Positions 39,322 through 53,198 of a DNA stretch of 64,000 nucleotides are shown here, piece after piece. The notes beneath the pieces were generated by a model, which worked only from the letters and a program-made list of their open reading frames with translations, had not been told where the DNA came from and did no database searches. Each line of letters begins with the position of its first letter. The first letter of the stretch is position 1. Source of the stretch: Octopus sinensis (Eukaryota); NCBI RefSeq assembly GCF_006345805.1, contig NC_043001.1, forward strand, positions 19,716,001 through 19,780,000, given 5' to 3'. The translations under genes were made by a program, and so were the position numbers.

Positions 39322-42225
39322 GTTTGTATAGTTCAGCAAACAGGCAAAATATGGAGCTGAGTTTCTTTATAAATACTGGAAAGCTCCTTTCTTGCATATG
39401 ATTAAATATGGTTGTGTCGATGGAAAATTCTTGCAAATATCTTGGATTTATATACAGTTTCTGTATATGAGAACTCTAAGATATTTGCTTTTTTTAATTT
39501 CTAATATTTTCAACAACAAAAAAAACTCTGCCAATCTTTATTAATGTAATGCTTTTTTGTTTTTTATTTTCCCTGATTAAATGCCCTTCCTATCCCTAAT
39601 TGTTTTATGTCGTATAGTGGGTGCATTTTATTAGGCCAGTAGTTGACACTGTCAAGATTAAAGAGTCCATTCCATTCCGTATTAGTCTTATATTCAGAGT
39701 TACTTCTCCTCTAAAGGAATTGCCTTTGTGTGACCTGCAGAGTTTACATCTTTTCTGTGCGATTTGTTTGGAAACTCAAAATTTTAGTTGGGTCACCTAT
39801 ACTATAATGGAGAATCTTGCATCTCCATATGTTGGGAGGAGGTTTGACTACTGATTGGAGGTCAATGCCAGTGCCACCTGACTGGCTTCTGTGCCGGTGG
39901 CACATAAAAAGTACCATCCAAGCGTGGTTGATGCCAGTGCCTCCTGACCGGCTCCCATATCGGTGGCATTTAAAAAGCACCATCTGAACATGATCAGTGT
40001 CAGTGCCCCCTGACTGGTTCCCATGCTGGTGACATGTACAAAGCACCATCTGAACATGGTTAATGTCAGTACCCCCTGACTTGCTCCTGTGCCAGTGACC
40101 TGTAAAAAGCACTATCCAAATATGGTCAATGCCAGTGCCCCATGACTAGCTCCTGTGCTGGTGGCACATAAAAGCACCTATGACACTCTTGGAGTGATTG
40201 ACGTTAGGAAGGGCACCCAGCTGTAGAAACATTGCCTGATCAGATTGGAGCCTAGTGCAACCTGCTGGCTTACCAGACCTCAGTCAAACCATCAAACCCA
40301 TGCCAGCATGGAAAGCGGATGTTAAACAATGATGATGATGATGATGATGAACTCAAGTTGTCTCTATGAAATCGGAGAGAGAAGTTAGTTTAAAAAAGTG
40401 GGTGAGGAAGTACTTGATGGTAGCATAATGTAGCTGTGACTTCAGCATCCTAGATGGGTCACCTTCACTATGGCTGAGAAATCATATCTTGCCATGATGT
40501 AGGTTACTTACTAAGGAGGTTTACAGTAGTAGCCTGATGGGGTACGACATGTTTGGACACAATTGTTTTGGCATTTCTGATTTGTTGCTGACTTATTTAC
40601 CGTCTGGCGTTTTAATGTTTTCCTCGTTTTTCTCTCTCTCTCTCTATATATATATATATTTGCTTCTATATATTTACATGTGAGAGTATTTATGTTTGTG
40701 TATGTATAATGGTTCTCCCTCTCTCTCCCCGTCATTCTTTGTATATATTTGTGTATGTGTGTGTATTTGCTTCTAGTGGCAGAACATACTTTTACCAAAA
40801 TAGTTTGAATGAAATTAAACATAGGCACAGGAGTGGCTTTGTGGTATGTAGCTTGCTTACCAATCACATGGTTCCAGGTTCATTCCCACTGCGTGGCACC
40901 TTGGGCAAGTGTCTTCTACTATAGCCTCGGGCCGACCAAAGCCTTGTGAGTGGATTTGGTAGACGGAAAAATGAAAGAAGCCCGTCCTATATGTGTGTGT
41001 ATATATATATATATATGTGTATGTATGTTTGTGCTTGTCCCCCCAACATCACTTGACAACCGATGGTGGTGTGTTTATATCCCCGTAACTTAGCAGTTCA
41101 GCAAAAGAGACCGATAGAATAAGTATTAGGCTTCCAAAGAATAAGTCCTGGGGTTGATTTGCTCGACTAAAAGGTGGTGCTCCTGCATGACCACAGTCAA
41201 ATGACTGAAACAAGTAAAAGAGTATGTCTTGTCAGCTGAGCAGCTAGGAATGTTTAGAGCACTCTGCTACCAGAGCTTGTGATGAGTGGTAGGTGGGGGG
41301 TTATCTTAAGGATATAAGAGAATAGAAAGGTAAAGTCAGCACCAGCAGAATTTGAACTCATAACATGAAGAGGTACTTCTAAATGCCACTGCAAGGCATT
41401 AATTTACAGAACTTTACCCATTCAGTCTTCAACTAACCTACATAAATATTAAAAATAATTTTGGGCAAAAATTTGATATTAGCTTAACTTGAGAGCAATC
41501 AGTTTATTGTAACATATGTTATTCATATGAATACATTATATAAAACTGTACAAACTCAATGAAATGTCCTTGCAATTTATTTCATTAAATTGATTTTTAT
41601 AGATGAATTAAACATTTCAAAAATGAACAGTTTAATTGCAGAAAAAAAAAAATGTAACTTTCAGTCAATTTAAATTTGAATATTAGTTTCTGTTCTACTT
41701 TAAAAAAAAATTTTTTTTTTCATTTGGGTTTGAATTTCAATTCCAGTTTCATAAGTGTTTGGTTTATGAAAACACTTTTGACCTATTTGAATAGTTATAT
41801 TTTATGCTCAGCTGTTAGAGTATTTATACTCATTTTGTGTGGACAAATGGATAAGTACTTTAATGTTACCTTTCTCTCTGTATAGTTTATAGTGCAATAT
41901 AATTTACTCAGAAATATGACATAAGATAATATTTGTAACAATAATCTTGTTACAACATTCGTGTGATTGAGAGCTACCCATTAAACAACCTTAACTATGG
42001 ATTGAAATCAACACAATAAAGCAAATTCAAATGTTTTATATATATATATATAGTACAAAGTAAGATAGAGGTTATGGTGTAACCCACTATGGGATATCAT
42101 TTATCGAATATACTGTTGGTAAAGTACTAAAATTCTTAATACATAAATGTCTTTAATTGCAATGCAATTAATTCATTTATTGTATTAAACAAGTGAAGGT
42201 AAAGAAATATTTTTACCATAAATTT

Positions 42226-42830
42226 ATAATACAAATAAGAAAATGGAGAAACAAATTTAGTTTGTTCATCAACTTACGGATATTATAATGTTAGATTATT
42301 TATTCATTTTACAAAGGAGGACATCAAAAGCATACAAAATATTATATAAATCAACAGATAATATAATAATACAAGTACAGATTTTAAAAGTCATATTATA
42401 AATTATTGAAATCCAGAAATTACTTCTTACAGCTGTTTCAGCCTATGGTCAAAAGTGAATCGAATATTCATTGCCTGTAGATGTCAACATACTAGGATTA
42501 ACCCCTGACGAGGCCTATGGTTCTTTTAACATATAAGTATTATATTTTTTTTAAATGCCTACAACCCTAGTATGTTGACATCTACAGGCAATGAATATTC
42601 GATTCACTTTTGACCATAGGCTGAAACAGCTGTAAGTAGTAATTTCTGGATTTCAATAATTTATAATATGACTTTTAAAATCTGTATTTGTATTATTATC
42701 TTATCTATTGATTTATATAATATTTTGTATGGTTTTGATGTCCTCCTTTGTAAAATGAATAAATAATCTAAAATTATAATATCCGTAAGTTGATGAACAA
42801 ACTAAATTTGTTTCTCCATTTTCTTATTTG

Positions 42831-42836
<6 letters not shown>
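42226..42836. mobile_element. Fold-back element B with arms of about 270 bp and a hammerhead motif
   Basis: Arms 42226-42496 and 42566-42836; CTGACGA at 42505 and GAAACAGCTGTA at 42623. Confidence 0.82.
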
Positions 42837-42873
<37 letters not shown>

Positions 42874-43085
42874 GTTTCCACCTAGGTTGACTTTGCCTTT
42901 CATCCTTTCAAGTCCAATAAAGTAAGTACCAGGGTTGATGTAATCGCCGAGTGCCTCCTTATCCCAAATTTCAGGCATTGTGCCTATAGTTGAAAGAATT
43001 ATTATTAATATCATTAGTACATAATATATATATTATTCATAAATTGTTTTGGTTAATTAATAAAATGCTTAATTTTTTATTTCAG

Positions 43086-43197
43086 AGGTATTTTAAGTTT
43101 AGCATGGTGTCCTCAGGATCCAGATTTGCTGCTTAGTTGTGGAAAAGACAACAAAATCCTGTGTTGGAATCCCAATACTACAATTCAAGGTGGAGAA
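43086..43197 (+). CDS. SEC31A: SEC31 exon 7 ([30 protein letters not shown])
   Basis: ttcag| and |gtaagt; phase 2-0. Confidence 0.94.
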
Positions 43198-45197
43198 GTA
43201 AGTATTTCTTTATTTATAAACAATGAATATAACACTGTGCATACACTGAGATGTATCAGATAATTATTTCTACCCTAGGCACAAGGCCCTGAAAATTTTG
43301 GGGAAGGGGTCTAGTCGATTACATCGACCCCAGTGTTTCACTGGTACTTAATTTATTGACTCCAAAGTTGATCTCAGTGGAATTTGAACTCACAACATAA
43401 AGGCAAATAAAATACCTATTTCTTTACTACCCACAAGAGGCTAAACACAGAGAGGACTAACAAGGACAGACAAACGGATTGTCGATTACATCAACCCCAG
43501 TGCGTAACTGGTACTTAATTTATCGACCCCGAAAGGATGAAAGGCAAAGTCGACCGTGGCGGAATTTGAACTCAGAACGTAACGGCAGACAAAATACGGC
43601 TACGCATTTTGCCTGATGTGCTAACATTTCTGCCAGCTTGCCGCCTTAGATATATCATATAAGGAAAAATGCAGTTGTATCTTGATATACATTTGAAATA
43701 ATCAGATGTATGAGTGTATATCAAACTTATTACGAAATAGATAAATAAATCATTTCTTAAATAATGAATTGTCTTAATAGCATTTTGCCATAAAGCTATT
43801 CAAATTTCACAACTTGCCAAAAACATTTTTCCAATAGCTATTTTTAGTAAATAGAAACCACTGTAAAACATGTGTACATCTTTATTTAATAATGGCCAAT
43901 ATAAATGTTGGTTGGTTACTTGTTTGATTTCTCTAATCATGCTTTAGAAAGAAGGGGAAAGAGATAGAGAGGGTTAACGTGCAGAATGAGTGCACATACA
44001 AGACTTGATTGCAGGCAATGAGTAAAGGAACACACATACACACACACACAGTGTCATAGTGACAAAGGAGGAGAGGAGGGAGTAAGTGCAGGATTTGTTA
44101 TTGGAGAAGTTATTCAAATGAAAAATTTGTTATCTTTCATTTTTTTTAAAGATGATAAATATTTTTCACTCGAAAATTAGTATTCATTTTAGCATTTTGT
44201 ATAAGTGCCAAGAAATTTCTTAAATTATAAGCATATGTATACCATAATTCCTGATATTGCCCATTGTAGCAAAAGTATACTTCCAAAGTTACTTGCCATC
44301 TGATGAATAAATACTAGTTTAAAATAAAGGCTTTTACATTAATGATTGGAGATATTAAACACTCTGCCATTAATTTCTCAATATCATTTGCAATGATGCA
44401 GTCTTTATCTTTGAGTTTCAGCATATCATCATCATCATCATTTAACATCAGTTTTCCATGCTGGCATGGGTGGGATGGTTTAACAGGAGCTGGTAAACGA
44501 GAGGACTGCACCAGGTTCCAGTCATCGGTTTTGGCTTAGTTTCTGTGGCTGGATGCCCTTCTTAATCCCAACCACCTTACAGAGTGTACTGGGTGCTTTT
44601 CACATGACAGACTAGGGGGCTCCGAAAGGGATCTCAAGGAGTAGTGTCCCAGCCTTCCTGAGCTAATTTTCCACCACATTTCTTAAAAATTGTGGTAGAG
44701 GCCTTGGTCTTGGGACCACTCATGTCTAGAAACTGAGGTTGGGGGGTAAGCAAGGATATGCTCCCCATAGAGAATCCAGCTCCAAAAAAGTTTCATGATA
44801 GCAAAGGAGAATGGGCACCAGCCAGCCCAAAGGTTGAGGTGGGCTGCACCTGCCTACCTCAGTTGCTATGGCATTGAGGTAGATCCAGCCACCCCCTTTA
44901 ACGGGGACAAAACCTGGATTTAAAACACTGGATGATGATGATGACTAGCACAGGTGGTTTTTATGTAACACCAACACAAGTGCTTTATGCACGACACCGG
45001 CACAGGTACTCTGTACAAGGTGCTGACATGGGTGCTTCATGTGGGGCCAGCAGAGGTGTGAAATTAATATTTGTTACTCTTTTAAAATTAACTCATATTT
45101 TATGTTGCATATATCTCCAGAAAATGTGTTACTTTATTACATAATATTGTATTGTATAGTTTGACTTCAGTTTTTTAAATCTTTGTTCTGTTTTTAG

Positions 45198-45350
45198 GTT
45201 GTTTGTGAACTAGAAACCAGTAATCAGTGGAGTTTTGATGTCCAATGGTGCCCTCGAAATCCTGGAATTATTTCAAGCGCTTCATTTGATGGACATGTCA
45301 GCGTCTTTTCTTTGATGGGTGGAGGACATCCCTGTCAACCAACCAACAAG
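45198..45350 (+). CDS. SEC31A: SEC31 exon 8 (QWSFDVQWCPRNPGIISSASFDG)
   Basis: tttag| and |gtaata; 51 codons. Confidence 0.94.
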
Positions 45351-47509
45351 GTAATACTATTATGTAATGGCTGTAGATGGGTTGGGTGTCCAAATGTTTT
45401 CATGTCAGTCTTTTTTCAACAGCAAGACACAGTCTTAAATTAAAGTCCTCGCTTTGGACCTTTTGATCAGGAAACACTAAGTGTAGATGCAAGTATTATA
45501 TATGAGTGTCTTGTTTTTTGAGGGTATGGGTTAACAAAGTTTACAGAGGACAGACTGGTGTCCACCAGATCTCTGCTCTTTCACCCCTTCTGTTCATTAT
45601 ACTCCTTAAATAAACCAAGTTCGGGACTAGTTGCACGTAGTTCATTCTAGATGCTTGTAATTTGGCTCTCATTGCAGAATCATTGAAAGAGTTGTTGAAA
45701 AGTTTTAAATGTAAATCTAAAAGTTAACGTATAAAAAACAAAGTGCTTGTTAGCAAAAGAGAACATAAAATCCCAGTCATTGCTACCTTTATATTACATT
45801 CACTTTTTTTATTGACATACATTCACTTTCTTTATTGACATAGGTTTGGTGGTTGTCACAATCCATTTCAGTTCTTATTTGGAATTAGTGTCTCCTAGAT
45901 GAGTCATAAGGACCTTGTCTAGGTCATATGAATTGATTAGTGCCATTTGAAAATTGGTTTCCCTTGATTTGTAGAAAGTAAGAAGGAACTTGATACTGTG
46001 CATTTATTACAAGTAATATGTTACAAAAAAGGACTAGTGGGAGCTTTTGTTGGCTGACAGAGAACCAGGACTTGAGATGTAATAGTTGTACAGGAGTAAT
46101 TAGCTGTAGCAGAACCTATAGAATAAAGCCTGTGAACTACTGAGAAATTCAGTAGACATAGTTTCTCGTTACAATTACTTAGATAAATTAATTAATGTTG
46201 GATGTGGTTGTAATGAAATATAGTAACTGAGGTAAGGAAGGAGTGAAAAAAGCTTGGAAATTTATTACATTTGTTAGCAGCAAAATGTTTCTGTCTTCTT
46301 GGAAAAAGCAAATTGTAAGAAGTTTTGATCATTTTTATGAAAACAAACTTTCAAACAATTATGATGATAATTTTATTAATTGAGTAGCTTAAAAAATTTG
46401 GATATTTGTATGATTCATTTGAATACATGTGTGATACCTCTCTGTAAAGTTAAAAAGCACCAGCATTACTTGTTTTCTGCTTTAATTACAATGAAGAATG
46501 TGTTTCATATATAATAATAATGAAACTATTGTATACAGTGCTCAGGTGCACCACAACTTGTCAAAAGTGCATATAAAGCATATGCAGTAATGTACAAATG
46601 TCTGGGAAGTGAACAGTGTATGAGTCACATACATGCTTGCGTGTGTGTATGGAGGGGAGAAAATCAGGTGTAGTGTTGGCGAATCTCAGGAAGCATGGAA
46701 GTTTTGAAGGATGCAGTGCTCCGACAACTAACAACTGATGCCGACAGTCTGTTCCATGCTTCAGCAACTCTTTGCATGACATCATTGACTCATCATCACC
46801 ATCATCATCATTTGGTATCCATTTTCCATGCTGGCATGGGTTGGACAGTTTAAACAGGAGCTGTTAAGCGGGAGGGATGCACCAGGCTCCAGTCATCTGT
46901 TTTGGCATGATTTCTACAACCGGATGCCCTAATCTTAATTCATGTATATTAGTCTCCTTAATGAAGTACAATAACCATGTGATCAGCAAAGCAGTGACTG
47001 AAGCAAGTAAAAATAAAAGATGCAAAGGAGAAGAGAATAGTTAATGAGAAGATGAGCCAAAGAAATTTTAAAACATTAAAATTGAGATCAAACTGATCAA
47101 GTAACTTTACATGTAATGTTCCAAACAACGCTTGCTGATATGTTAGGAATTATTGATATTACTGGCACCTGTGCTGGTGGCATGTGTAAAAGGATTCGAG
47201 CAAGGTCGTTGCCAGTACCGCCTGACTGGCCCCCGTGCCGGTGGCACGTAAAAAGCATCCACTACACTCTTGGAGTGGTTGATGTTAGGAAGGGCATCCA
47301 GCTGTAGAAACTCTGCAAAATCAAGATTGGAGCCTGGTGCAGCCATCTGGTTCGCCAGCCCTCAGTCAAAATCGTCCAACCCATGCTAGCATGGAAAGCG
47401 GACATTAAACGATGATGATGATGATAGTCTGATATAAATTATGTGCATATAAAAAATACTTTTCTATCTTCAATGTTAATATCTGATCTACTTTTTTTCA
47501 CCTGTCTAG

Positions 47510-47632
47510 GTTGCTGAATCATTTAATACTAATGTGTTTCCTGACCAATCTTCATCACAAACTACACCAGTCATCATTCCATTGCAAAAACCCCCAAAAT
47601 GGCTATGTAAACCTGTTGGAGCAACATTTGGG
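47510..47632 (+). CDS. SEC31A: SEC31 exon 9 (PLQKPPKWLCKPVGATFG)
   Basis: tctag| and |gtaagg; 41 codons. Confidence 0.93.
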
Positions 47633-48304
47633 GTAAGGATTATTAATCTATTTTTTTTATGCTACTGTGTTTATCCTTTGTTAATTACTTTACCTTTGAA
47701 TAAGTCTTGTGCTGAATGTGTTGGCTATTTGATATTGGCTTCATTGATCCTATTAACAACAGTACCTGCAGCTATTTTTATATTGTGGAACATGAAGTAT
47801 CCATCCAAGGGTTTCTTTTAGCTTAATATTCGACGTGCCATTATCTATCACTTTATCTGCTTTGAGTTCCACCATTAAATATAATTTACTTAATATTTCT
47901 TTTAAGTTTCTAAATTTTCATAATATAAAAAAGTACCATCTTATTGTACAAGTCTGGCAATAGACACTATTTAAACTTTTGTTACTCTTTGTGACTATTT
48001 CTGTTGTTAATGCTCAAAAAAAAAGAGGTCAGAATATTGTAAATGTCTCAATCTCCTTCCTTGAACAATTGAAACTTTTATGACTGTGTGATCAAGAATT
48101 ATGTGGCATTTTGGGCAATTATCTTCTACTTTAGTGTTTGTCTGTGGAATTTGGTAGGTGACACTTGAAAGATCACTGTGTGTGCACACATATATGTTTG
48201 TGTTTACATTCTTTTTTCCATGCTAGTATGGGTTAGACAAATGACTCATTGAAGCCTTGTTTTGCAACCTGATGCCCTTCCTGTTATTTCTGTTATTTTC
48301 TATT

Positions 48305-48533
48305 TTAACCCTTTCGTTACTGTATTTATTTTGAGATGCTCTGTGTTTCTTTCAATTACTTTAAATATAACAAAGAATTTATTACAATAACTTAGTTATT
48401 ATTAAGCTAATGTTAGGAACATAAATTGTGACTAAAGTTTGGTGGAAGATTTTAATTCAAAACTTATAAAAACAAGACATTTGTACAACAGAGCCACATG
48501 TAGTTTCAGCTGGATTGGTATCAAAAGGGTTAA
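48305..48533. mobile_element. piggyBac-like MITE (family P2); tandem copies 62665-62894 and 62918-63147
   Basis: TTAA|CCCTTTC ... AAAGGG|TTAA termini; three similar copies of about 230 bp. Confidence 0.8.
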
Positions 48534-48769
48534 ACAATTTTTAGTCTTTTTTTGTTTTTCTAACTAAAAAAATTACGGAGATGTACTTGCATAGCAAGTG
48601 ATTTGATCTGAGATCATGTGCTGAAACGAAACAATTGCAGCAGGGAAGGTGTTTGTAAGCCATTTAAGAAACACACAAAAGCCGTTCGATTCACTTCAAC
48701 ATTTAAGTTTAATTTGTCAAAATATTTTCGTCGCTTTAACTAAAAGAATTGATATTTGCTTGTTTTCAG

Positions 48770-49021
48770 TTTGGTGGTAAGCTGATAACTTTTGAACACA
48801 TTCGAGGAACTGTCAATCCCAACCAATCTCCTGCAGCTACACAAATGCAAAGCCAATCTCGAATTGTTTGTATCAGTCAAGTTGTTACAGAGACAGATTT
48901 GTTACATCGATCGAACCAGCTTCAAAATGCTTTAAATAAAAACGAAATTGTGGAATTTTGTTCAATGAAAGCTGAGAATAGTGTTGATTCTATGGAACAA
49001 AACATCTGGAAGTTTCTCAAG
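48770..49021 (+). CDS. SEC31A: SEC31 exon 10 (FGGKLITFE...EQNIWKFLK)
   Basis: ttcag| and |gtttgt; 84 codons. Confidence 0.93.
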
Positions 49022-50314
49022 GTTTGTCATTTAAACAAATATTTCTGTTATTTTTGCTTCACACCATTTTGCTAATCTTTGTTGGCCTTTAAATATTAGG
49101 AGGTCAGTATCAACATAGATTGTTTAAATTGTCTGTTTGCTTCTTTTCTTTTTACTTTTTCTTTTGCATTTTCTTCCAGTACAAATTTGTATTGGGAAAG
49201 CATCAGATCATCATCGTCATCGTTTAACGTCTGCTTTCCATGCTAGCATGGGTTGGACGATTTGACTGAGGCCTGGCGAACCAGATGGCTGCACCAGGCT
49301 CCAATCTGATCTGGCAGAGTTTCTATAGCTGGATGCCCTTCCTAATGCCAACCACTCCGAGAGTGTAGTGGGTACTTTTACATGCCACTGACATGAGTGC
49401 CAGTCAGGTAGTACTGGCAACGGCCACACTCAAATGGTGCTTTTTATGTGCCACTTGTACAGGAGCCAGTCCAGCGGCACTGGCAACGACCTTGCTCAAC
49501 TGGTTTTTAGATGGGTAGTTTATATCACATCCAGTACAACAAACTTCAGTATTAAACATCTTGTTTGTTAATAAAGAGGAATTTCATGCATTTTGCCCAT
49601 ATTCCTTATGCCATGTAGTGTCTGCAATCATTCTATGATGTGCCATCATTATCATTGTTTTTCTTTTCTTTTCTTTTCTATGTTGGCATGGTTGGGATGG
49701 GTCTTCTTCATCATCTGCCATACACAGCAACAGAGAAAACTATCCATCTTTGTCATGTATGTCATGTTTTGTGGCATTTATTTTACAGCTTGATGCCCTT
49801 CCTACAGATTGAACTAAGTGTTTTTTATCATGCCACTGGTACTAGAGAGAGAGTCTGTGACAGGACTGAAAAATCCTTTCTCTCTTGTATCAGTGTTTTA
49901 ATTCAGAATTACTCTTCTTATAGATAAGTTACCAATATAGGGGCTTTCCTTCATTTTGTTGGCATGGCTTTTACCTCTGGTTGCCCTTCCTATCACCAGT
50001 TATTTTACAGCATGGCCTGGCTATATTTTATCATGCTATTGGTACCAGACCAAGATTCTTCCTCTACCCTACATTGCTCTCTGGATATTCATAACTTAAA
50101 CAAGCAGTGCCAATGGTTGCTAGTGTCACAATCCCTCTGATATCACTATGAATCTATGTACATGTGAATGTAAGACATTCAAAGACCAGTTTACAAAACC
50201 ATGTATATTATAATTATTGAATTCAAACATAATTCCTTTGAAATTAAATCTTTTATTTTGTTATAGTTATTTTTTTATATAAAAATTAAAAAATTTTTTT
50301 TTTTTTTATTTCAG

Positions 50315-50389
50315 TCAAATTTTGAAGAAGATCCAAGATCTAAATTCCTTCAGTTGCTTGGTTATAACAAAAATGAACTTGCCCAAAAT
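50315..50389 (+). CDS. SEC31A: SEC31 exon 11 (SNFEEDPRSKFLQLLGYNKNELAQN)
   Basis: ttcag| and |gtaagt; 25 codons. Confidence 0.92.
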
Positions 50390-52208
50390 GTAAGTTTTCT
50401 GAGAAAATTTTTCTTAATTTCTATACTTTGGACTTTCTGCAACTTTACAATTACAAGAATGAATTTTATAATTAACAAAAATGAACACCATAATTTTGGG
50501 TTTCAGCTCCTACAACTTAGATATGCAGTAACTTTGATAACTTCATAGTCAGTGTACATATTACCTATTTTACTTCATATTAAAATAATTAAATATCCTG
50601 TTTCAGTTATTTATTCTCATATGTCATATCTCTTTTACACATCTATTTACTTCTCCCATCATTATACCAGAGATGTGTGGAGGCGCAATGGCCCAAAGGT
50701 TAGGGCAGTGGGCTCGTGGTCATAGGATCGCGGTTTCAATTCCCAGACTGGGTCTTGTGAGTGTTTATTGAACGAAAACACCTAAAGCTCCACGAGGCTC
50801 CAGCAAGGGTGGCGGTGTACCCTGCTGTACTCTTTCACCACAACTTTCTCTCACTCTTTCTTCCTGTTTCTGTTGTATCTGTATTTCAAAGGGCCAGCCT
50901 TGTCACACTCTGTGTCACGCTGAATCTCCCCGAGAACTAGGTTAAGGGTACACATATCTGTGGAGTGCTCAGCCACTTGCACGTTAATCTCACGAGCAGG
51001 CTGTTCTGTTGATCGGATCAACTGGAACACTCATCATCGTAACTGACGAAGTGCCAACAAATACCAGAGATGTATTGTATGAATCCATTCCAAATTCATT
51101 GAAATAAAGTGATTACTTTTTTGTGAAATTATAAAATTTAAAATATATTCTGATTTAAGAATTGATTGATGAGTGTATTTTCAAATTCAGACGTTTGTTC
51201 TAGATTTGACATTTTAGTGACTTCTATTTTCTTGCACAAATAACTTATTACCCAGAATGGATCAATAGATTGACACAAATAGAATAGTGTATTCTGATTC
51301 AAACCATGCAATATTTGCATTAGGATGTAAACCTTAAGGTGTTAACTTTTTCACTATTCTAGTTCAATTTGTATATCACACAAAAGAGAAAATTAAATAA
51401 AAAAGAAAATGAGTTATATATTTCAATAATATTTATTTAGGCTAGCTACAGTTCAGATGAATGTAAATATATTTTGTGAGATCTGGAAGGGGCAGCGCTA
51501 ACTGGACTCAGCCTTGGCTTCATCAACTGGGTGTAGATGAGGGTGTTAGATTTTGAAAAACCCAGATACCGTTCTTGAGATATTGCTTTATACCTCACAC
51601 TTTTATAAAGCCTTAAAGCCGTTCTCTGCTATACTGTACACAAACTTGTGTGTTGCTGTTGTGAAGGCTAAAAAAGGCAATTTCATTTCAATTCCGGGTG
51701 AAATTTTCCCAGTGTTTTTATCTGTTGTATTTACTGGCAGAGCTAACTAGAAGAATCTTCTCTGGTTACTGATCCTGTTATAAAAAGTAGACCAATTTTG
51801 CTTAACACAGCATCATCTTAAAAAGTGGACACATTAAACAATGGTAATCTTAGATGCCTCTAAAATGATGGGCTAGTCATTGTTGGAATACTTTTGATCA
51901 CAGGTCTATTCAATCAGACTTTATTTGGGGCTAAATAACAACTAGGGGATCATGGAGAAGTAAAATAATGTTTATACAGAGCTTTACCAAGTAACTATCA
52001 TACCATTCTAGTGCACATTGTTACATTTGTAATGAATTTGTGGATGTTATGATCATGGATAGTTCTACATGTTACCATCCATTGGAGGTGATTCTATCCG
52101 TAACCACACATTGTCACATTAAAATATATCTTTCCCAAAACGTTACTTTTAATACCAGACAATATTTACCTCATATTTAAGATTTAAAATGGTTATTTGT
52201 TTCTGTAG

Positions 52209-52292
52209 GTATTGAAGCATGTAAGCCTGAATGAGGATCAACAAGGTGTAAATGCTGCAGAATTAGCTCAGAAAATGTCACTCTTGGATACT
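52209..52292 (+). CDS. SEC31A: SEC31 exon 12 (VLKHVSLNEDQQG...MSLLDT)
   Basis: tgtag| and |gtaagt; 28 codons, open frame; poorly conserved linker. Confidence 0.8.
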
Positions 52293-53198
52293 GTAAGTTG
52301 AATAATTTTTTTATTGTACATGTTGTGGCAGTTGATATTTTTTATGAAAATAGTAAATTGTTTGTTGAAATTTTAGATTATATCATTTCAATAAAGTTTT
52401 GCAGAATTTTATAAATGACATTCCTTATCAGTCCTTAAATCCATTTTCTCCATATTTGGTTGGATTTCTTGATACTGCATTCTATGGCCAGATGCTATTT
52501 CTGATGCAAATCCTTATTTTCAAGTAAGGTATCTTATTCCGCTAGCCTTCAGCACATCAAATTACTTAGCTGCAGGACATATTGTTTTTGTGGGACATAA
52601 GCTGGCCTCTTCACTGCCAAAGTAGTGTCACTGCATCAATGCAATTACGTGTGTATGCACACAAACACAATACAACGGACTTCTGTACTGTTTCCATCCA
52701 CCAAATCTCACTTACAAAGCATTGATCAACCTGATGCTGTAGTAGATGATACTTTGCTCTAGGTGCCATGCACTGGAGTTGAACCCAAAACTGTATGGTT
52801 GTTAAATGAAGACCTTAACCACATAGCTATGCCTGCACCTAGAGATTGTGCTTATAATATTTAAATTTTCCCTTCTGAAGTGGTTGCCCATCAAAGTACT
52901 AAGTGAGTTTGGTGTTGCTAAAATTCAGTGATCAGATAAGAATTAATGCTTTCAATGTGAAAGGACAGTAAGCCATATCATTAGCTAAATTAACCAAATA
53001 GAAAAATGTTGGTCATATCTTTCTATGATACTTGTAAGCTTCTTAGACCTTTCTTTTTAATTGTTTGTAGTTTTAGCTTATGTGAGTGTAAATGTCTTTA
53101 CACATATAACTGGTTACAAGTGCTTCTTTGTATGTATTCACTTGTGCTTGCCATTTTGGCTACTTACAGAGATGTATGTTTATATAAATGTAAAGTAT

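Noticed and set aside
34928-48736. Pairing of element D with its solo copy to drive an exon 3-9 circular RNA
   Set aside because: Possible in principle, but D's own adjacent arm would outcompete the distant copy and nothing in the sequence supports back-splicing.
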